Of a stretch of DNA of 20,000 nucleotides, positions 8,415 through 17,690 are shown in pieces. This stretch comes from an uncultured virus (IMG/VR IMGVR_UViG_3300042940_001453). Taxonomy: Duplodnaviria > Heunggongvirae > Uroviricota > Caudoviricetes. How positions within the stretch are numbered: position 1 is the stretch's first letter; every line of letters starts with the position of its first letter. The stretch covers positions 112,464-132,463 of the IMG/VR virus record IMGVR_UViG_3300042940_001453; one strand, written 5' to 3'. The notes below the pieces were generated by a model. It did not search any database. It worked only from the letters and a program-made list of their open reading frames with translations, and was not told the DNA's origin. A program made the position numbers and the translations under genes.

Positions 8415-10787
8415 TTAAGAGTAAGAAGCTCCTATTCGATTAATAAGAATTTCACTGCCCATCAATACAATTGAATACAAGTCTCTAGACCCATTTGATG
8501 GATTTGATGCCGAACCACCTGGCCACTTTAAAGAATTAGGTGTACCGGTGCTCCACGTAAATGAAGTGCCACCGCTATTGTTATAAAAATACAAATAACA
8601 CACCTTCTTTTGAGTCAGATTTACATTAAAAGTTTGAGATGCTGTAGCCGTTACATAGATCATATCATAATCATCAAAACTCAAATTGGTAGTTGCAGCT
8701 GCAACAGTAGCACTTACAGTTGTATAATCTTTTTGGTAATTACCCTTGAAAGATCCTGTGATAATAGCCGCATCTGTCTTGGAAATAATTGAACCATTGT
8801 CAACTTTAATATTTCCATAAGAATACATTTTACTACCACTGATAGATCCATAAGCACGCATATCACCGCTACTGGATACATAAAATGTATTGGCAAAACT
8901 ACTTGATCCATATTGTACTAATATAGCGGTTTGTTTGTTTTCTACTCCAACTGGAGCACCTCCCACGAATTTACCAGCTAATACCGATCCAGCAACGTTT
9001 GCGGCTTCATTGCTACCACTAAACATTCTGATTTGCAACTTAGCACGTAGATACTTATTTATAGAACCACTTGGCTCTGCTGGAGGAGTTACACCTATAC
9101 CAACTGAACCATCTCTAGCAGCTGAATCCGTATTAATATATGGCCAGAAATAAAAACCATTACGTATTTGTTTCAATGCGGCCATTGTACCAGATGAATC
9201 CGAAGTTCTCGATGTAATGGTACTATTTTTAAGATGATATGATCCTGTGGTAATACTCAATGTCAAACTGCCACTGGAAACGGATTGTATAAACCACTGA
9301 TCTTGATTTGGATATCCAGTTGATCTGTTTTTATTTTGCAATACAAAACCAGCTGAACTTAATGTACCAGATCCTCTATTTACTACAAAAAGATTTGATT
9401 GAGCGTATTTAGCAGACGCAGATACATAAAAATTTATTTGACCAAACTCATTTTTATAAAATAGAGGAGATGTTGTTAATCTGTTGCCATCAAAATATGG
9501 TACAGCGCTTGAACTATTCAAAGATCCTTTTAACAAATAAGAGGATGTTAATGACGTAGTTGAAGAATCAGCGGTTATAGAATGTAAAGCATTATCTACA
9601 GTTCCAAGTACAGTTGAAGCTCTCAATGCGTATGAAGCACTGGTAGTTCTTGTAGAATAACTACTGCTTATAGCTTTACTTGAAGTAAGTGCATAACTAC
9701 TCGAAAAAGATGAATATTTTTGATTGCCATTATAAGAATAACTAGATGTACCATTTACTCTTAGGTTTGACCAAACTAAATACGAAGCGGTATCTGCGGT
9801 AGTTGACATACACATACTTGAGGTTTGTGCGTAACTACTGGATAAAGATGATAGTGCTCCATTTCCATTGTAAGAATAACTAGCTGTGCCTATAAATGAT
9901 GGTGACTCAATATATACACTTGAATATACACTAGCTGCAGTAATATTGTTAAATACACTTGTACCAGTGGTAGCAGTAACATTACCTGTTAACTTACCTT
10001 TTAAACTACCTGTGAGTGAGATATTACCACTACCAGAAAATACTCCTGAAAATCCATTTGCAGAATAAATCTTTGAACCAGATATGACATTTGGCACAGT
10101 AGTTCCAATCGGACTATTATTAATAGTTACCCCACCAATAGAACCGCCATTTATAGCTGCGTTGTCTATTTCACCATTTACAGCATATAAATTGTTATTT
10201 ACATCTACATTGTTAAATGAACTTTTACCTATACCAACCGTTACATTGCCTAGTAAACGTCCTTTTAAACTGCCTGTTATACCAACACTAGCTGTGAGTT
10301 GTTCTATATTAAATGGAGTATTTTCAAGAGTTAGACCGTTAGGGTAATCTAAAACTGTTATTTGACTATTTATAGAATTTCCAGTAAACGTAATATTGCC
10401 ACCGCCGCCAAGTGATTGATTAACATCTATTGTTTTTGCATAGATTCCCAAAAACGTTGGCGCCGATGGATTGTATCCGATAGTAAGATAATCACTTACT
10501 ATGGCTCTTTTAAATATATTTGGTACCTTTTGACTTATGACAGAATAGTTGTCACCTTCAAAACTTCTAAATGAACCCGTGTATGTATTATTTGGTCCTA
10601 CAAAATTCAAGTTGTTGAATGTTGTTAGAAGATTTGCTGTTTTTTGTACAAAACTACTAACAGTAGACTTTTTTGTAGAGTTGCTACTTACATTTTGTAT
10701 GATTAAATAATCATTATTACCGATAGTACCAGCTGTTAGTGTTGGTAATTCGGGAACAGTTCTACCTTGATTGGATACTATCGCCAT
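8415..10787 (-). CDS. Long tail-fibre-like structural protein (Ser/Gly/Thr-rich, ASYA/SSSYA repeats)
   Basis: 790 aa. N-terminal ELP...DYLII...TKKST module, TGSLKG and (T/S)ASY repeats, C-terminal 'LKWPGGS..P...RDLYS'. Located in the fibre cluster. Confidence 0.7.
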   Translation of the reverse strand: MAIVSNQGRTVPELPTLTAGTIGNNDYLIIQNVSSNSTKKSTVSSFVQKTANLLTTFNNLNFVGPNNTYTGSFRSFEGDNYSVISQKVPNIFKRAIVSDYLTIGYNPSAPTFLGIYAKTIDVNQSLGGGGNITFTGNSINSQITVLDYPNGLTLENTPFNIEQLTASVGITGSLKGRLLGNVTVGIGKSSFNNVDVNNNLYAVNGEIDNAAINGGSIGGVTINNSPIGTTVPNVISGSKIYSANGFSGVFSGSGNISLTGSLKGKLTGNVTATTGTSVFNNITAASVYSSVYIESPSFIGTASYSYNGNGALSSLSSSYAQTSSMCMSTTADTASYLVWSNLRVNGTSSYSYNGNQKYSSFSSSYALTSSKAISSSYSTRTTSASYALRASTVLGTVDNALHSITADSSTTSLTSSYLLKGSLNSSSAVPYFDGNRLTTSPLFYKNEFGQINFYVSASAKYAQSNLFVVNRGSGTLSSAGFVLQNKNRSTGYPNQDQWFIQSVSSGSLTLSITTGSYHLKNSTITSRTSDSSGTMAALKQIRNGFYFWPYINTDSAARDGSVGIGVTPPAEPSGSINKYLRAKLQIRMFSGSNEAANVAGSVLAGKFVGGAPVGVENKQTAILVQYGSSSFANTFYVSSSGDMRAYGSISGSKMYSYGNIKVDNGSIISKTDAAIITGSFKGNYQKDYTTVSATVAAATTNLSFDDYDMIYVTATASQTFNVNLTQKKVCYLYFYNNSGGTSFTWSTGTPNSLKWPGGSASNPSNGSRDLYSIVLMGSEILINRIGASYS

Positions 10788-10807
10788 AATATATTAATAA
10801 TTATTAA

Positions 10808-11518
10808 TCACCCAACATTTTTTAGTTTTTTTAATATAAATTTTACTAAACCGCTTCTAACAATATCATCTTCATCGAATTTAAATACATAAATTCCGTT
10901 ATTTCTACTTTCTTCATCGTCAAAGATGTTCATCATTGGCACAAATCCACTTTTACCATTGATATCACTTTGATCGGGATCACCACATATAAACAACTTA
11001 CTAAATTCTCCAACACGGGTAATTAATGTGGTCAATTCTTTCTTACTCATATTCTGAGCTTCATCAGCTACAATACATTTAGCGTTCCAACTCAAACCAC
11101 GTAAGAAATTTATTGGAAAACCGTGAATACGTTCTTCTTTTTTTAACTTATCAATATCGTGTTTTGGCAATAATTCTTCTAATTTATCTATTAGTGGTTG
11201 AATGTAAGGACTCATCTTTTCATCCATTTCACCTGGTAAAAATCCCAATTTACTATCACTACTTTCTACAATACTTCTGACATATACGATTTCACTTACT
11301 CTTTTTTGGTTTATCAAATTTAAACCGGCTAATACAGATGTATATGTTTTTGAAGTTCCAGCTGGACCTGAAATGAAGACTAGTTTAGTTGTTTTATTTT
11401 GTAGTAAATTTAATAATTCAATTTGTTTTGGCGTAAGAGTTCGGTCATCAATTTTTATTGTTTCTCTAATTTTTTCGTTTTGATGAACCTTTGGGCTTGT
11501 GTCTTTTTTCTTGCTCAT
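10808..11518 (-). CDS. phoH: PhoH-like ATPase
   Basis: GPAGTSKT Walker A, LGFLPG...EK..PY, FLRG, DEAQN, GDPDQSD, DIVRS. Confidence 0.95.
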   Translation of the reverse strand: MSKKKDTSPKVHQNEKIRETIKIDDRTLTPKQIELLNLLQNKTTKLVFISGPAGTSKTYTSVLAGLNLINQKRVSEIVYVRSIVESSDSKLGFLPGEMDEKMSPYIQPLIDKLEELLPKHDIDKLKKEERIHGFPINFLRGLSWNAKCIVADEAQNMSKKELTTLITRVGEFSKLFICGDPDQSDINGKSGFVPMMNIFDDEESRNNGIYVFKFDEDDIVRSGLVKFILKKLKNVG

Positions 11519-11819
11519 TTTTGTTGGTTAGTTGTTGTTTAATGTTTAAAACACGACCACAATGTTCATATTTCTCAGACAAAATATAATATTCGTAAAT
11601 ATTATTTAGATTATCTTCAAATGAATTGCGGTCTAATACTACTATGAAATCAGAATCTTTAAAGTTAAAGACCTCTATCGCATTCAAATTATTGTCTACC
11701 GCATAACATATTGATGAAACAATTTGTTCCATCAATTTAATTTTATTAGATTTAATTAAACTCTCCATCTGATCATAATCAGATGGCAAAGTTAATGAAG
11801 AGTACTTATCTGTCATCAT
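11466..11819 (-). CDS. Hypothetical protein with C-terminal UVR-like motif
   Basis: 117 aa with 'EKYEHCGRV' motif. The 3' end overlaps phoH by 53 nt. The start may be the second Met (11816), 4 nt after TACTTATA. Confidence 0.7.
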   Translation of the reverse strand: MMTDKYSSLTLPSDYDQMESLIKSNKIKLMEQIVSSICYAVDNNLNAIEVFNFKDSDFIVVLDRNSFEDNLNNIYEYYILSEKYEHCGRVLNIKQQLTNKNEQEKRHKPKGSSKRKN

Positions 11820-11834
11820 ATATAAGTATATAAC

Positions 11835-11867
11835 AAAAAATAAAGACGTTACCGAAGTAACGTCTTT
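11835..11867 (-). terminator. Rho-independent terminator with cUUCGg loop
   Basis: AAAGACGTTAC-TTCG-GTAACGTCTTT followed by ATTTTTT on the minus strand. Confidence 0.85.
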
Positions 11868-11890
11868 TCATAACCAATTTATCTAACCTT

Positions 11891-12124
11891 TTACTTTTTC
11901 TTCTTCTTTTTAACAGGTTTGTCACTATCGTTTTCGACCGTTTCTGTTTGTGTCACGGTTGAATTTAATTGTTGTAACCTTCTGTTAGAAGCGTTTTTCC
12001 AAGAACGAATTGTTTCTTGAGAAGCATCTGTGTAAGTTTTGCCAAGTTGCAACAAATCCAACACTTCTTTCTCAGAACCAGCTGCTACAATTCTTTGTTT
12101 TAACCCAAATGTAGTACCACTCAT
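11891..12124 (-). CDS. Hypothetical protein
   Basis: 77 aa with a basic C-tail. Its start overlaps the upstream stop by 1 nt (TAATG), preceded by AAAGG. Confidence 0.7.
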   Translation of the reverse strand: MSGTTFGLKQRIVAAGSEKEVLDLLQLGKTYTDASQETIRSWKNASNRRLQQLNSTVTQTETVENDSDKPVKKKKKK

Positions 12125-12315
12125 TATTTACCTTTCGTTTCTACAATTTCAATTTTAGAACCATCCGGCCATCGTTTAATAATTGATGACCAATGTTCAT
12201 ACTCCGTTCTAGCCTCATCCTTGGAAGTATATTCCAAATCGGAAACTCTTCTACCGTCTCGTAGAATTACGTACTTAATATTATTATCTGTCAAACTGTC
12301 GCTTTTCGCTGTCAT
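12124..12315 (-). CDS. Hypothetical protein
   Basis: 63 aa, first gene downstream of the sigma70-type promoter at 12393-12421. Confidence 0.7.
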   Translation of the reverse strand: MTAKSDSLTDNNIKYVILRDGRRVSDLEYTSKDEARTEYEHWSSIIKRWPDGSKIEIVETKGK

Positions 12316-12392
12316 ACTAATTTATAATTTAATATTTGAATGTGGTAATATAACTACGGATTCTAAGATTACCAGCCTTAGAACATAACGTA

Positions 12393-12421
12393 ATAATATA
12401 TACAAAACGCATATACGTCAA
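12393..12421 (-). promoter_or_regulatory. Sigma70-type (early) promoter
   Basis: TTGACG-N17-TATTAT. Confidence 0.65.
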
Positions 12422-12454
12422 GTTTATTTTAATCAGTTTTTATTCACGTATACA

Positions 12455-12462
12455 TATTTATA
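12455..12462 (+). promoter_or_regulatory. TATTTATA putative late promoter element
   Basis: 5 nt upstream of ATG 12468. The motif switches strand together with the gene. Confidence 0.6.
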
Positions 12463-12467
12463 TAAAT

Positions 12468-14207
12468 ATGATAGCTTTATTGGAAGAAAATCAACTGTTA
12501 AATCCAAAATTATCTAAGCAAGAGATTTACAATTTAAAAAAATTAGAATTCACATTCAATCGAATGTTGAAGGAATTAGCAATTCTTCAAGAATGCATAG
12601 AAACTAACAATTTACATTTAGCAGAATTTAAATTGAGTGTTGGTACACGTAAAGTATTAAAAGAAATACGTGAAAACAATCAACAAATTTCTGATATATC
12701 ATTGTTAGTAGAAGCTTCCACAGATCCAGTATCAACAGCAGATACTTCAAAAAATATACTATCACTAATCAATAAATTTCACACAGATAATAAACAATAC
12801 TTAGATAACGTTGATTCTGATGAAAGATTAAAAGACACATCTGTACCAAAAAATATTGGTGCCGAACCAAGTATTATTCAAAAGGCAGCATTAAAAACAA
12901 AAGAATTGGGTGGTAAAGCAGGTCAGATTGCAATGACTTTATTTCAATCAATTGTGGTAAATGCACTCAATCGATTTGTAAATTGGTCATCTGCATTAAA
13001 ATCAGATATTTTAGACGCTAAAAAACAAGGATCGGCTTGGCAAATGATAATGACCAAATTGGGTCCAAGTATGAAGATTGCAAAAAGAGCAGCTGATGGC
13101 ACCATAACATATGAAAGTGATTCTTCAGGAACATCGATGCTCAATAAATTACAAGATTTTACAAAGTTGAATCCAAAATGGACTAATACCATAATTGGTC
13201 TATTAATTAACATTACAAAAATGTTATCAATATCATTAACAGGTGCTACTGTAGGCACATCTTTGGTAATCGGTGTGTTAACTGGATTATTAGTAAGAAC
13301 AATTGTTGGTCACTATCTCAAAAAAGAATCTTGGAAAGATGCATTAAAAAATGCATTATTAGTTACAGGTTTATCTTTAGTTGGTGGCGCACTTACAAAA
13401 GGACTATTTAGCTACTTCAAAGGTGGTGGATTTATTGACGGCGCTAAGTCTTATTTTACAGGAGTTCCAGGCGCTGACATATCAGATCAAAATATTACCA
13501 GTGGAAATATTAAAGTATCTGAGGCTGATATAACAAAATTAATGGTCGCCACTAGACGAGGTGGTGATGAAAAATTACTTACTATTATTAAAAACACTCC
13601 AGAATTGTACAAAGCTTTTAAAGAAGAATCGGAGAGTTATCCTGATATAAAAACATTCATTAGGTTCCAGGACCGATCTGACCTCGCAGACATTATTAAT
13701 GGTGCGGGCGGAATACCTAAAGAATCATTGACTAAATTAGCAACAGGTATAGCAGATACTGCTACTCAATCATATACTGACAAACCTCTAAAAGAAATTG
13801 GCAAACTTGCTTTACAAGGTGACAATAAAGCTATGGATGCTTACTTGCAAAAATTTATGGCGACCAAATCTCTGGGTGTGGATCAGTATAGAATCTTGAA
13901 AAAAGCTATGGATGCCGGAATAATTGATAGAAATCAGTTTTTTTCAGGAGTTGGACCACGAACTCTCAATCTGACTGCTGAGTTAAGAGGCCATATACCA
14001 ATATCTATAAATGGCGTAAGTGTTATTGATAAATTGACACCAAACGAAGCAGAAACTGCATACACTGCAATGAGTATGGCTAAGCAAATGGGGAATCCAG
14101 TTGATGAAGATGTTTTAGCTAAGTTGGCAACAAAAGCTGGAAAATCAGTTACTCCGACAGTACAAGAATCAGCATACAAGTCGATTATTAAAAAACTATA
14201 TATATAA
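12468..14207 (+). CDS. Large hypothetical protein with central Gly-rich hydrophobic helices (possible virion internal/ejection protein)
   Basis: 579 aa. Hydrophobic segments '[17 protein letters not shown]' and '[22 protein letters not shown]'. No signal peptide. Confidence 0.75.
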   Translation: MIALLEENQLLNPKLSKQEIYNLKKLEFTFNRMLKELAILQECIETNNLHLAEFKLSVGTRKVLKEIRENNQQISDISLLVEASTDPVSTADTSKNILSLINKFHTDNKQYLDNVDSDERLKDTSVPKNIGAEPSIIQKAALKTKELGGKAGQIAMTLFQSIVVNALNRFVNWSSALKSDILDAKKQGSAWQMIMTKLGPSMKIAKRAADGTITYESDSSGTSMLNKLQDFTKLNPKWTNTIIGLLINITKMLSISLTGATVGTSLVIGVLTGLLVRTIVGHYLKKESWKDALKNALLVTGLSLVGGALTKGLFSYFKGGGFIDGAKSYFTGVPGADISDQNITSGNIKVSEADITKLMVATRRGGDEKLLTIIKNTPELYKAFKEESESYPDIKTFIRFQDRSDLADIINGAGGIPKESLTKLATGIADTATQSYTDKPLKEIGKLALQGDNKAMDAYLQKFMATKSLGVDQYRILKKAMDAGIIDRNQFFSGVGPRTLNLTAELRGHIPISINGVSVIDKLTPNEAETAYTAMSMAKQMGNPVDEDVLAKLATKAGKSVTPTVQESAYKSIIKKLYI

Positions 14208-14208
14208 T

Positions 14209-15975
14209 ATGAATGATATGAATTATACTAAAGAGTTATATACTCAATTTTTAAATGAAGCTGGTTTTTTTGATAAATTAAAAGGATCTGTAGGTTTGGG
14301 AGGTAAAAAACAATTGTCTTCTAATGATCTTCAGATATTAGAACAAAATATAAATTCCCTACTAACCAATATCGCAAATGAAATTGGTTCGACCAAAGAA
14401 AATCTTATTAACGACTTGACAAATGGCCCTAGTAAAGATTTAGTTACGCCAGAAATAATTCAGTACGCAACACAATTAACAAACTTATTAAATAAAATCA
14501 AATCAGTAGCCGGAACCGCAGGCACAACAGGCACAACAGGTACATCAGGCACAACAGGTACAACAGGTACAACAGGCACAACAGGCACAACAGGCACAAC
14601 AGGCACAACAGGCACAACAGGCACAACAGGCACAACAGGCACAACAGGCACAACAGGCACAACAGGCACAACAGGCACTACAGGCACAACAGGCACAACA
14701 GGCACTACAGGTACATCAGGCACAACAGGCACAACAGGCACAACAGGCACAACAGGCACTACAGGCACAACAGGCACTACAGGTACATCAGGCACTACAG
14801 GTACATCAGGCACTACGGGTAGATCCGAAAGACCTGGATATCAAACTAAACAAATTGATGATTTAAATTTTGGTGATGATATTGGTGGTGGTACTATACT
14901 AAAACAAATAAATGTAAATAAAATAAAACAAGATTTTGATAATTTATACAACAATTTGCCTGTAGATGCGAAGAATGTTTTAAATAATATAACAAATGAT
15001 AGCAAAATATTACCTAAAAACATACAATTGCCTATTAGACCTCCTGTCATAACAGAAATAGATGAATTATCTTATTGGGATGATACTAATAAAAAACAAG
15101 AATTTATAAACAAGTTTGAAACAATAACTAACTCAATTGTATCGTCTTTAGGTATTAAACCATATGAACATAAAAAACTTTATATTATTTTACATAAAAA
15201 TGGTATTGGTGATATTTTTAATAAATTATTTGCAGCATATATTGTATTAAAAGCTAATAAACCTATAAAAGATGCTTTTACATTAACAGACACTTCAGGC
15301 ACTACTGGCACTACTGGCACTACAGGTACAACTGGCACAACTGGCACAACTGGCACAACTGGCACTACTGGCACATCAGGTACTACTGGTACTACAGGTA
15401 CATCAGGCGTAGATGAAGATATGTTAACCACGGACGAAATAAATAAATTCGGAGCTTATTATTCACAATTAATAAGACTTCAATCTGAATTTGAAAAAAA
15501 TCTTGGTAAAAATTTGCAAACAAATAAAGATGTAAATAAATACTTTACTACTTTAAAAAACACATTGGGATCTTTAAAACTACTTGATTTTATCTCAATA
15601 GAAAACAAACCTATAGCTAAAAAATTAAAGAAAAAATTTATTAAAAGATTTTTGTGGGAACTAAATAATACACCATCTATATCACAAGTTAAAGATTTAA
15701 TAGGAAAGATAAATGAACAAGAATCAGTTGGATCGGGAAATACATCAACCAATATATTGGCACAATCTACATCTATAATCGATGTTATAAAGAAAAGTTT
15801 ACCAGCTATGGTAATGTTATTAAAAGAACTTTCCAAAGTCAAAATGTCTACACAAGAAGACAAAATGTTGATGGGCATTTTAAAGAAGTTTTTAAAAGCA
15901 GTTGTTAATAAGAACACACAAGATTTAGTAATAGATCCAAAAGTGAAAAGATCAATCGATTCATTATCAAAATAA
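14209..15975 (+). CDS. Hypothetical protein with two (Gly-Thr-Thr/Ser)n collagen-like tracts
   Basis: 588 aa with 34 and 12 Gly-X-Y triplets separating helical domains. Confidence 0.8.
   Translation: MNDMNYTKELYTQFLNEAGFFDKLKGSVGLGGKKQLSSNDLQILEQNINSLLTNIANEIGSTKENLINDLTNGPSKDLVTPEIIQYATQLTNLLNKIKSVAGTAGTTGTTGTSGTTGTTGTTGTTGTTGTTGTTGTTGTTGTTGTTGTTGTTGTTGTTGTTGTTGTTGTSGTTGTTGTTGTTGTTGTTGTTGTSGTTGTSGTTGRSERPGYQTKQIDDLNFGDDIGGGTILKQINVNKIKQDFDNLYNNLPVDAKNVLNNITNDSKILPKNIQLPIRPPVITEIDELSYWDDTNKKQEFINKFETITNSIVSSLGIKPYEHKKLYIILHKNGIGDIFNKLFAAYIVLKANKPIKDAFTLTDTSGTTGTTGTTGTTGTTGTTGTTGTTGTSGTTGTTGTSGVDEDMLTTDEINKFGAYYSQLIRLQSEFEKNLGKNLQTNKDVNKYFTTLKNTLGSLKLLDFISIENKPIAKKLKKKFIKRFLWELNNTPSISQVKDLIGKINEQESVGSGNTSTNILAQSTSIIDVIKKSLPAMVMLLKELSKVKMSTQEDKMLMGILKKFLKAVVNKNTQDLVIDPKVKRSIDSLSK
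14512..14820 (+). repeat. 9-bp tandem repeat (GGCACAACA consensus), 34 units, encoding GTT/GTS
   Basis: Directly visible in the sequence. Confidence 0.95.
15298..15408 (+). repeat. 9-bp tandem repeat (GGCAC(A/T)ACT), 12 units, encoding GTT/GTS
   Basis: Directly visible in the sequence. Confidence 0.9.
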
Positions 15976-16033
15976 TATTATACAAATATAATAACTGTGA
16001 CACATCATTATTGAATATGTATCTAAAAATATT

Positions 16034-16318
16034 ATGAGTGAAGTTACTAAATTTACAGAACAAGAAATGCAAGAAATCGCAATCGTTCAATCCAAATATC
16101 AACAAAAAATATTTGAACTTGGTCAATTGCAATTAGAAGAAATTGAACTAGAACAAACAAAAACAGAATTAACTGAACGTAGATCAGCTATTCTAACAGA
16201 GTGGAAAGATATTCAAAAACTAGAAGAAAACTTACTAAATAGTCTGGCTACAAAATATGGAGATGGTAGTCTTAATTTAAAAGATGGCACATTTAAGCCA
16301 TCTCCAAAAGAACAATAA
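16034..16318 (+). CDS. Coiled-coil phage hypothetical protein
   Basis: 94 aa, Glu/Gln-rich helix ending in KYGDGSLNLKDGTF. Followed by a terminator. Confidence 0.8.
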   Translation: MSEVTKFTEQEMQEIAIVQSKYQQKIFELGQLQLEEIELEQTKTELTERRSAILTEWKDIQKLEENLLNSLATKYGDGSLNLKDGTFKPSPKEQ

Positions 16319-16320
16319 TA

Positions 16321-16350
16321 AAAAAGCCGGTCTTAATTGACCGGCTTTTT
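16321..16350. terminator. Bidirectional Rho-independent terminator between convergent genes
   Basis: AAAAAGCCGGTC-TTAATT-GACCGGCTTTTT. Confidence 0.9.
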
Positions 16351-16353
16351 GTT

Positions 16354-16539
16354 TTACTTAGTTGGATCACCTATAGAAGCATCTTCGACAATCGCTTTAA
16401 TTTCATTTTCGATTTCTTTCATGCGTTCTTTGTAGCCAGCAGCTACATCTTTAAAATCTTTCTTTACATGCAAAAGATTTTCGGTTAGTTCATATACTTT
16501 CTTTTCGGCTTCAGCCTTTGTTAATTTAATATTACTCAT
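16354..16539 (-). CDS. Small coiled-coil hypothetical protein
   Basis: 61 aa. ATGA overlap with the upstream stop. Confidence 0.7.
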   Translation of the reverse strand: MSNIKLTKAEAEKKVYELTENLLHVKKDFKDVAAGYKERMKEIENEIKAIVEDASIGDPTK

Positions 16540-16946
16540 AACTTTTTTAAGTCTATAATTTGTGTTACTGATTCTATCGGTATATAACTAGTAACATAAT
16601 TACCTGGATCTACATTTTTTAAATCTGGTAATTTACTTTTATCTACAGCTACTATTATACCCTCTTTTTTGTCTCTGTAATTAACCAACGCAAATCTAGC
16701 TGCCAATTTAAAATCACTTGCTAGATAACTTCCCGTAATGTTTCGAGTGTTGCCTCTACCTTTTGACGTAACTTTACCAGTACTCTTTAGAATATTATAT
16801 TCTTTCTCAGACATTCCTCTATATAATTTCGTACTGTCAGTGGGAATTTTATCCAATTCATCCGCAATATATTGTAATTTTCCAGTTGGTTCCCATACTA
16901 GATAATCATATATGCTGGATTCGTATAATAAACTATATCGTTTCAT
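16536..16946 (-). CDS. ADP-ribosyltransferase-fold protein (putative)
   Basis: LYRGM...SYLASD..LAARFA...GIIVAVD...YV...IP pattern of ART/Tpt1-like folds. Start reassigned to ATG 16946, 5 nt after TATTTATA (16952-16959), giving 136 aa. Confidence 0.55.
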   Translation of the reverse strand: MKRYSLLYESSIYDYLVWEPTGKLQYIADELDKIPTDSTKLYRGMSEKEYNILKSTGKVTSKGRGNTRNITGSYLASDFKLAARFALVNYRDKKEGIIVAVDKSKLPDLKNVDPGNYVTSYIPIESVTQIIDLKKL

Positions 16947-16971
16947 TAATCTATAAATATACTTATGTATA

Positions 16972-17187
16972 ATGGAAGACATTAATTTTCACCAAGTTAG
17001 TATAAATAACCACGAAATTACAGTCTGGGCAAATAGATTTGTGGTACTAAGACATCCAGAAAAATGTGATTTATATGAAGATGATTGTTGTAGAGAAAGA
17101 ATTACGAAGTATTTGATTGAAGAAGGTTATATCAACGATAGTGGAGTGTTAATCATTGATAGTTACATTGATTTTGAATCCGAATAA
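16972..17187 (+). CDS. Small acidic hypothetical protein
   Basis: 71 aa. TACTTATG variant motif 4 nt upstream. Stops just before the tmRNA 3' end. Confidence 0.65.
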   Translation: MEDINFHQVSINNHEITVWANRFVVLRHPEKCDLYEDDCCRERITKYLIEEGYINDSGVLIIDSYIDFESE

Positions 17188-17189
17188 AA

Positions 17190-17574
17190 TGGTGGACGCG
17201 GGCGGAGTTGAACCGCCGTCTTTAACAGATAACTTACATCAGACTACACGCTTATATATTTTAAATTGTTAGGGAATAATAATGAAAAATATCTAAAAAT
17301 ATTACCCTTAAGATTTACTAATATCTCGACCATTTACGCAAATCAAATATTTGGTCCAGTCCAATAATTTTCACCCAACACAAATATCAGACTTCATTGT
17401 ATTGAATGTGCAACAACTTAGGCTGCAAGGGCTACAACGTCATCGTAAGAGAAGTCATAGCTAACTACGTTATCTTCAGCAGTTAATGTTTCGATAGGTG
17501 TATTAAAGAGGCCAACTATCATCCTCTACGTGCCTAACATACGTGTACTATTAAATCGATACCAGTACGCGCCC
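17190..17574 (-). ncRNA. ssrA: tmRNA (tag AEDNVVSYDFSYDDVVALAA*)
   Basis: 5' GGGCGCG pairs with 3' CGCGTCC-ACCA, giving G3:U70. T-arm GGCGG-TTCAACT-CCGCC. Tag ORF 17480-17418 follows TAACT and ends ALAA-TAA. Confidence 0.95.
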
Positions 17575-17596
17575 ATAAATTTTAAAGAACTGAAAT

Positions 17597-17670
17597 TGGA
17601 GCGGGTAGCCGGAATCGAACCGGCACATCGACCTTGGCAAGGTTGCAGGCTACCACTACATCATACCCGC
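17597..17670 (-). tRNA. tRNA-Gly(GCC)
   Basis: Cloverleaf, anticodon loop TT-GCC-AA, U73, encoded CCA. Confidence 0.92.
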
Positions 17671-17690
17671 GCTCTAATTAACAATATATA

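Noticed and set aside
4214..10347. Short plus-strand and alternate-frame ORFs within the fibre genes
   Set aside because: Fully nested in long coding genes, with no start signals or recognisable motifs.
3463..10787. Diversity-generating retroelement acting on the fibre genes
   Set aside because: No reverse transcriptase and no visible TR/VR pair in the window.
14512..14820. Possible CRISPR array
   Set aside because: Contiguous 9-bp units without spacers, in frame within a CDS.
14460..15431. Minus-strand (VPV)n ORFs resembling articulin repeats
   Set aside because: These are simply the reverse complement of the GTT repeats.
16947..16982. N-terminal extension of ORF 16536..16982
   Set aside because: It overlaps the divergent gene start. 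ATG 16946 fits the upstream motif spacing.
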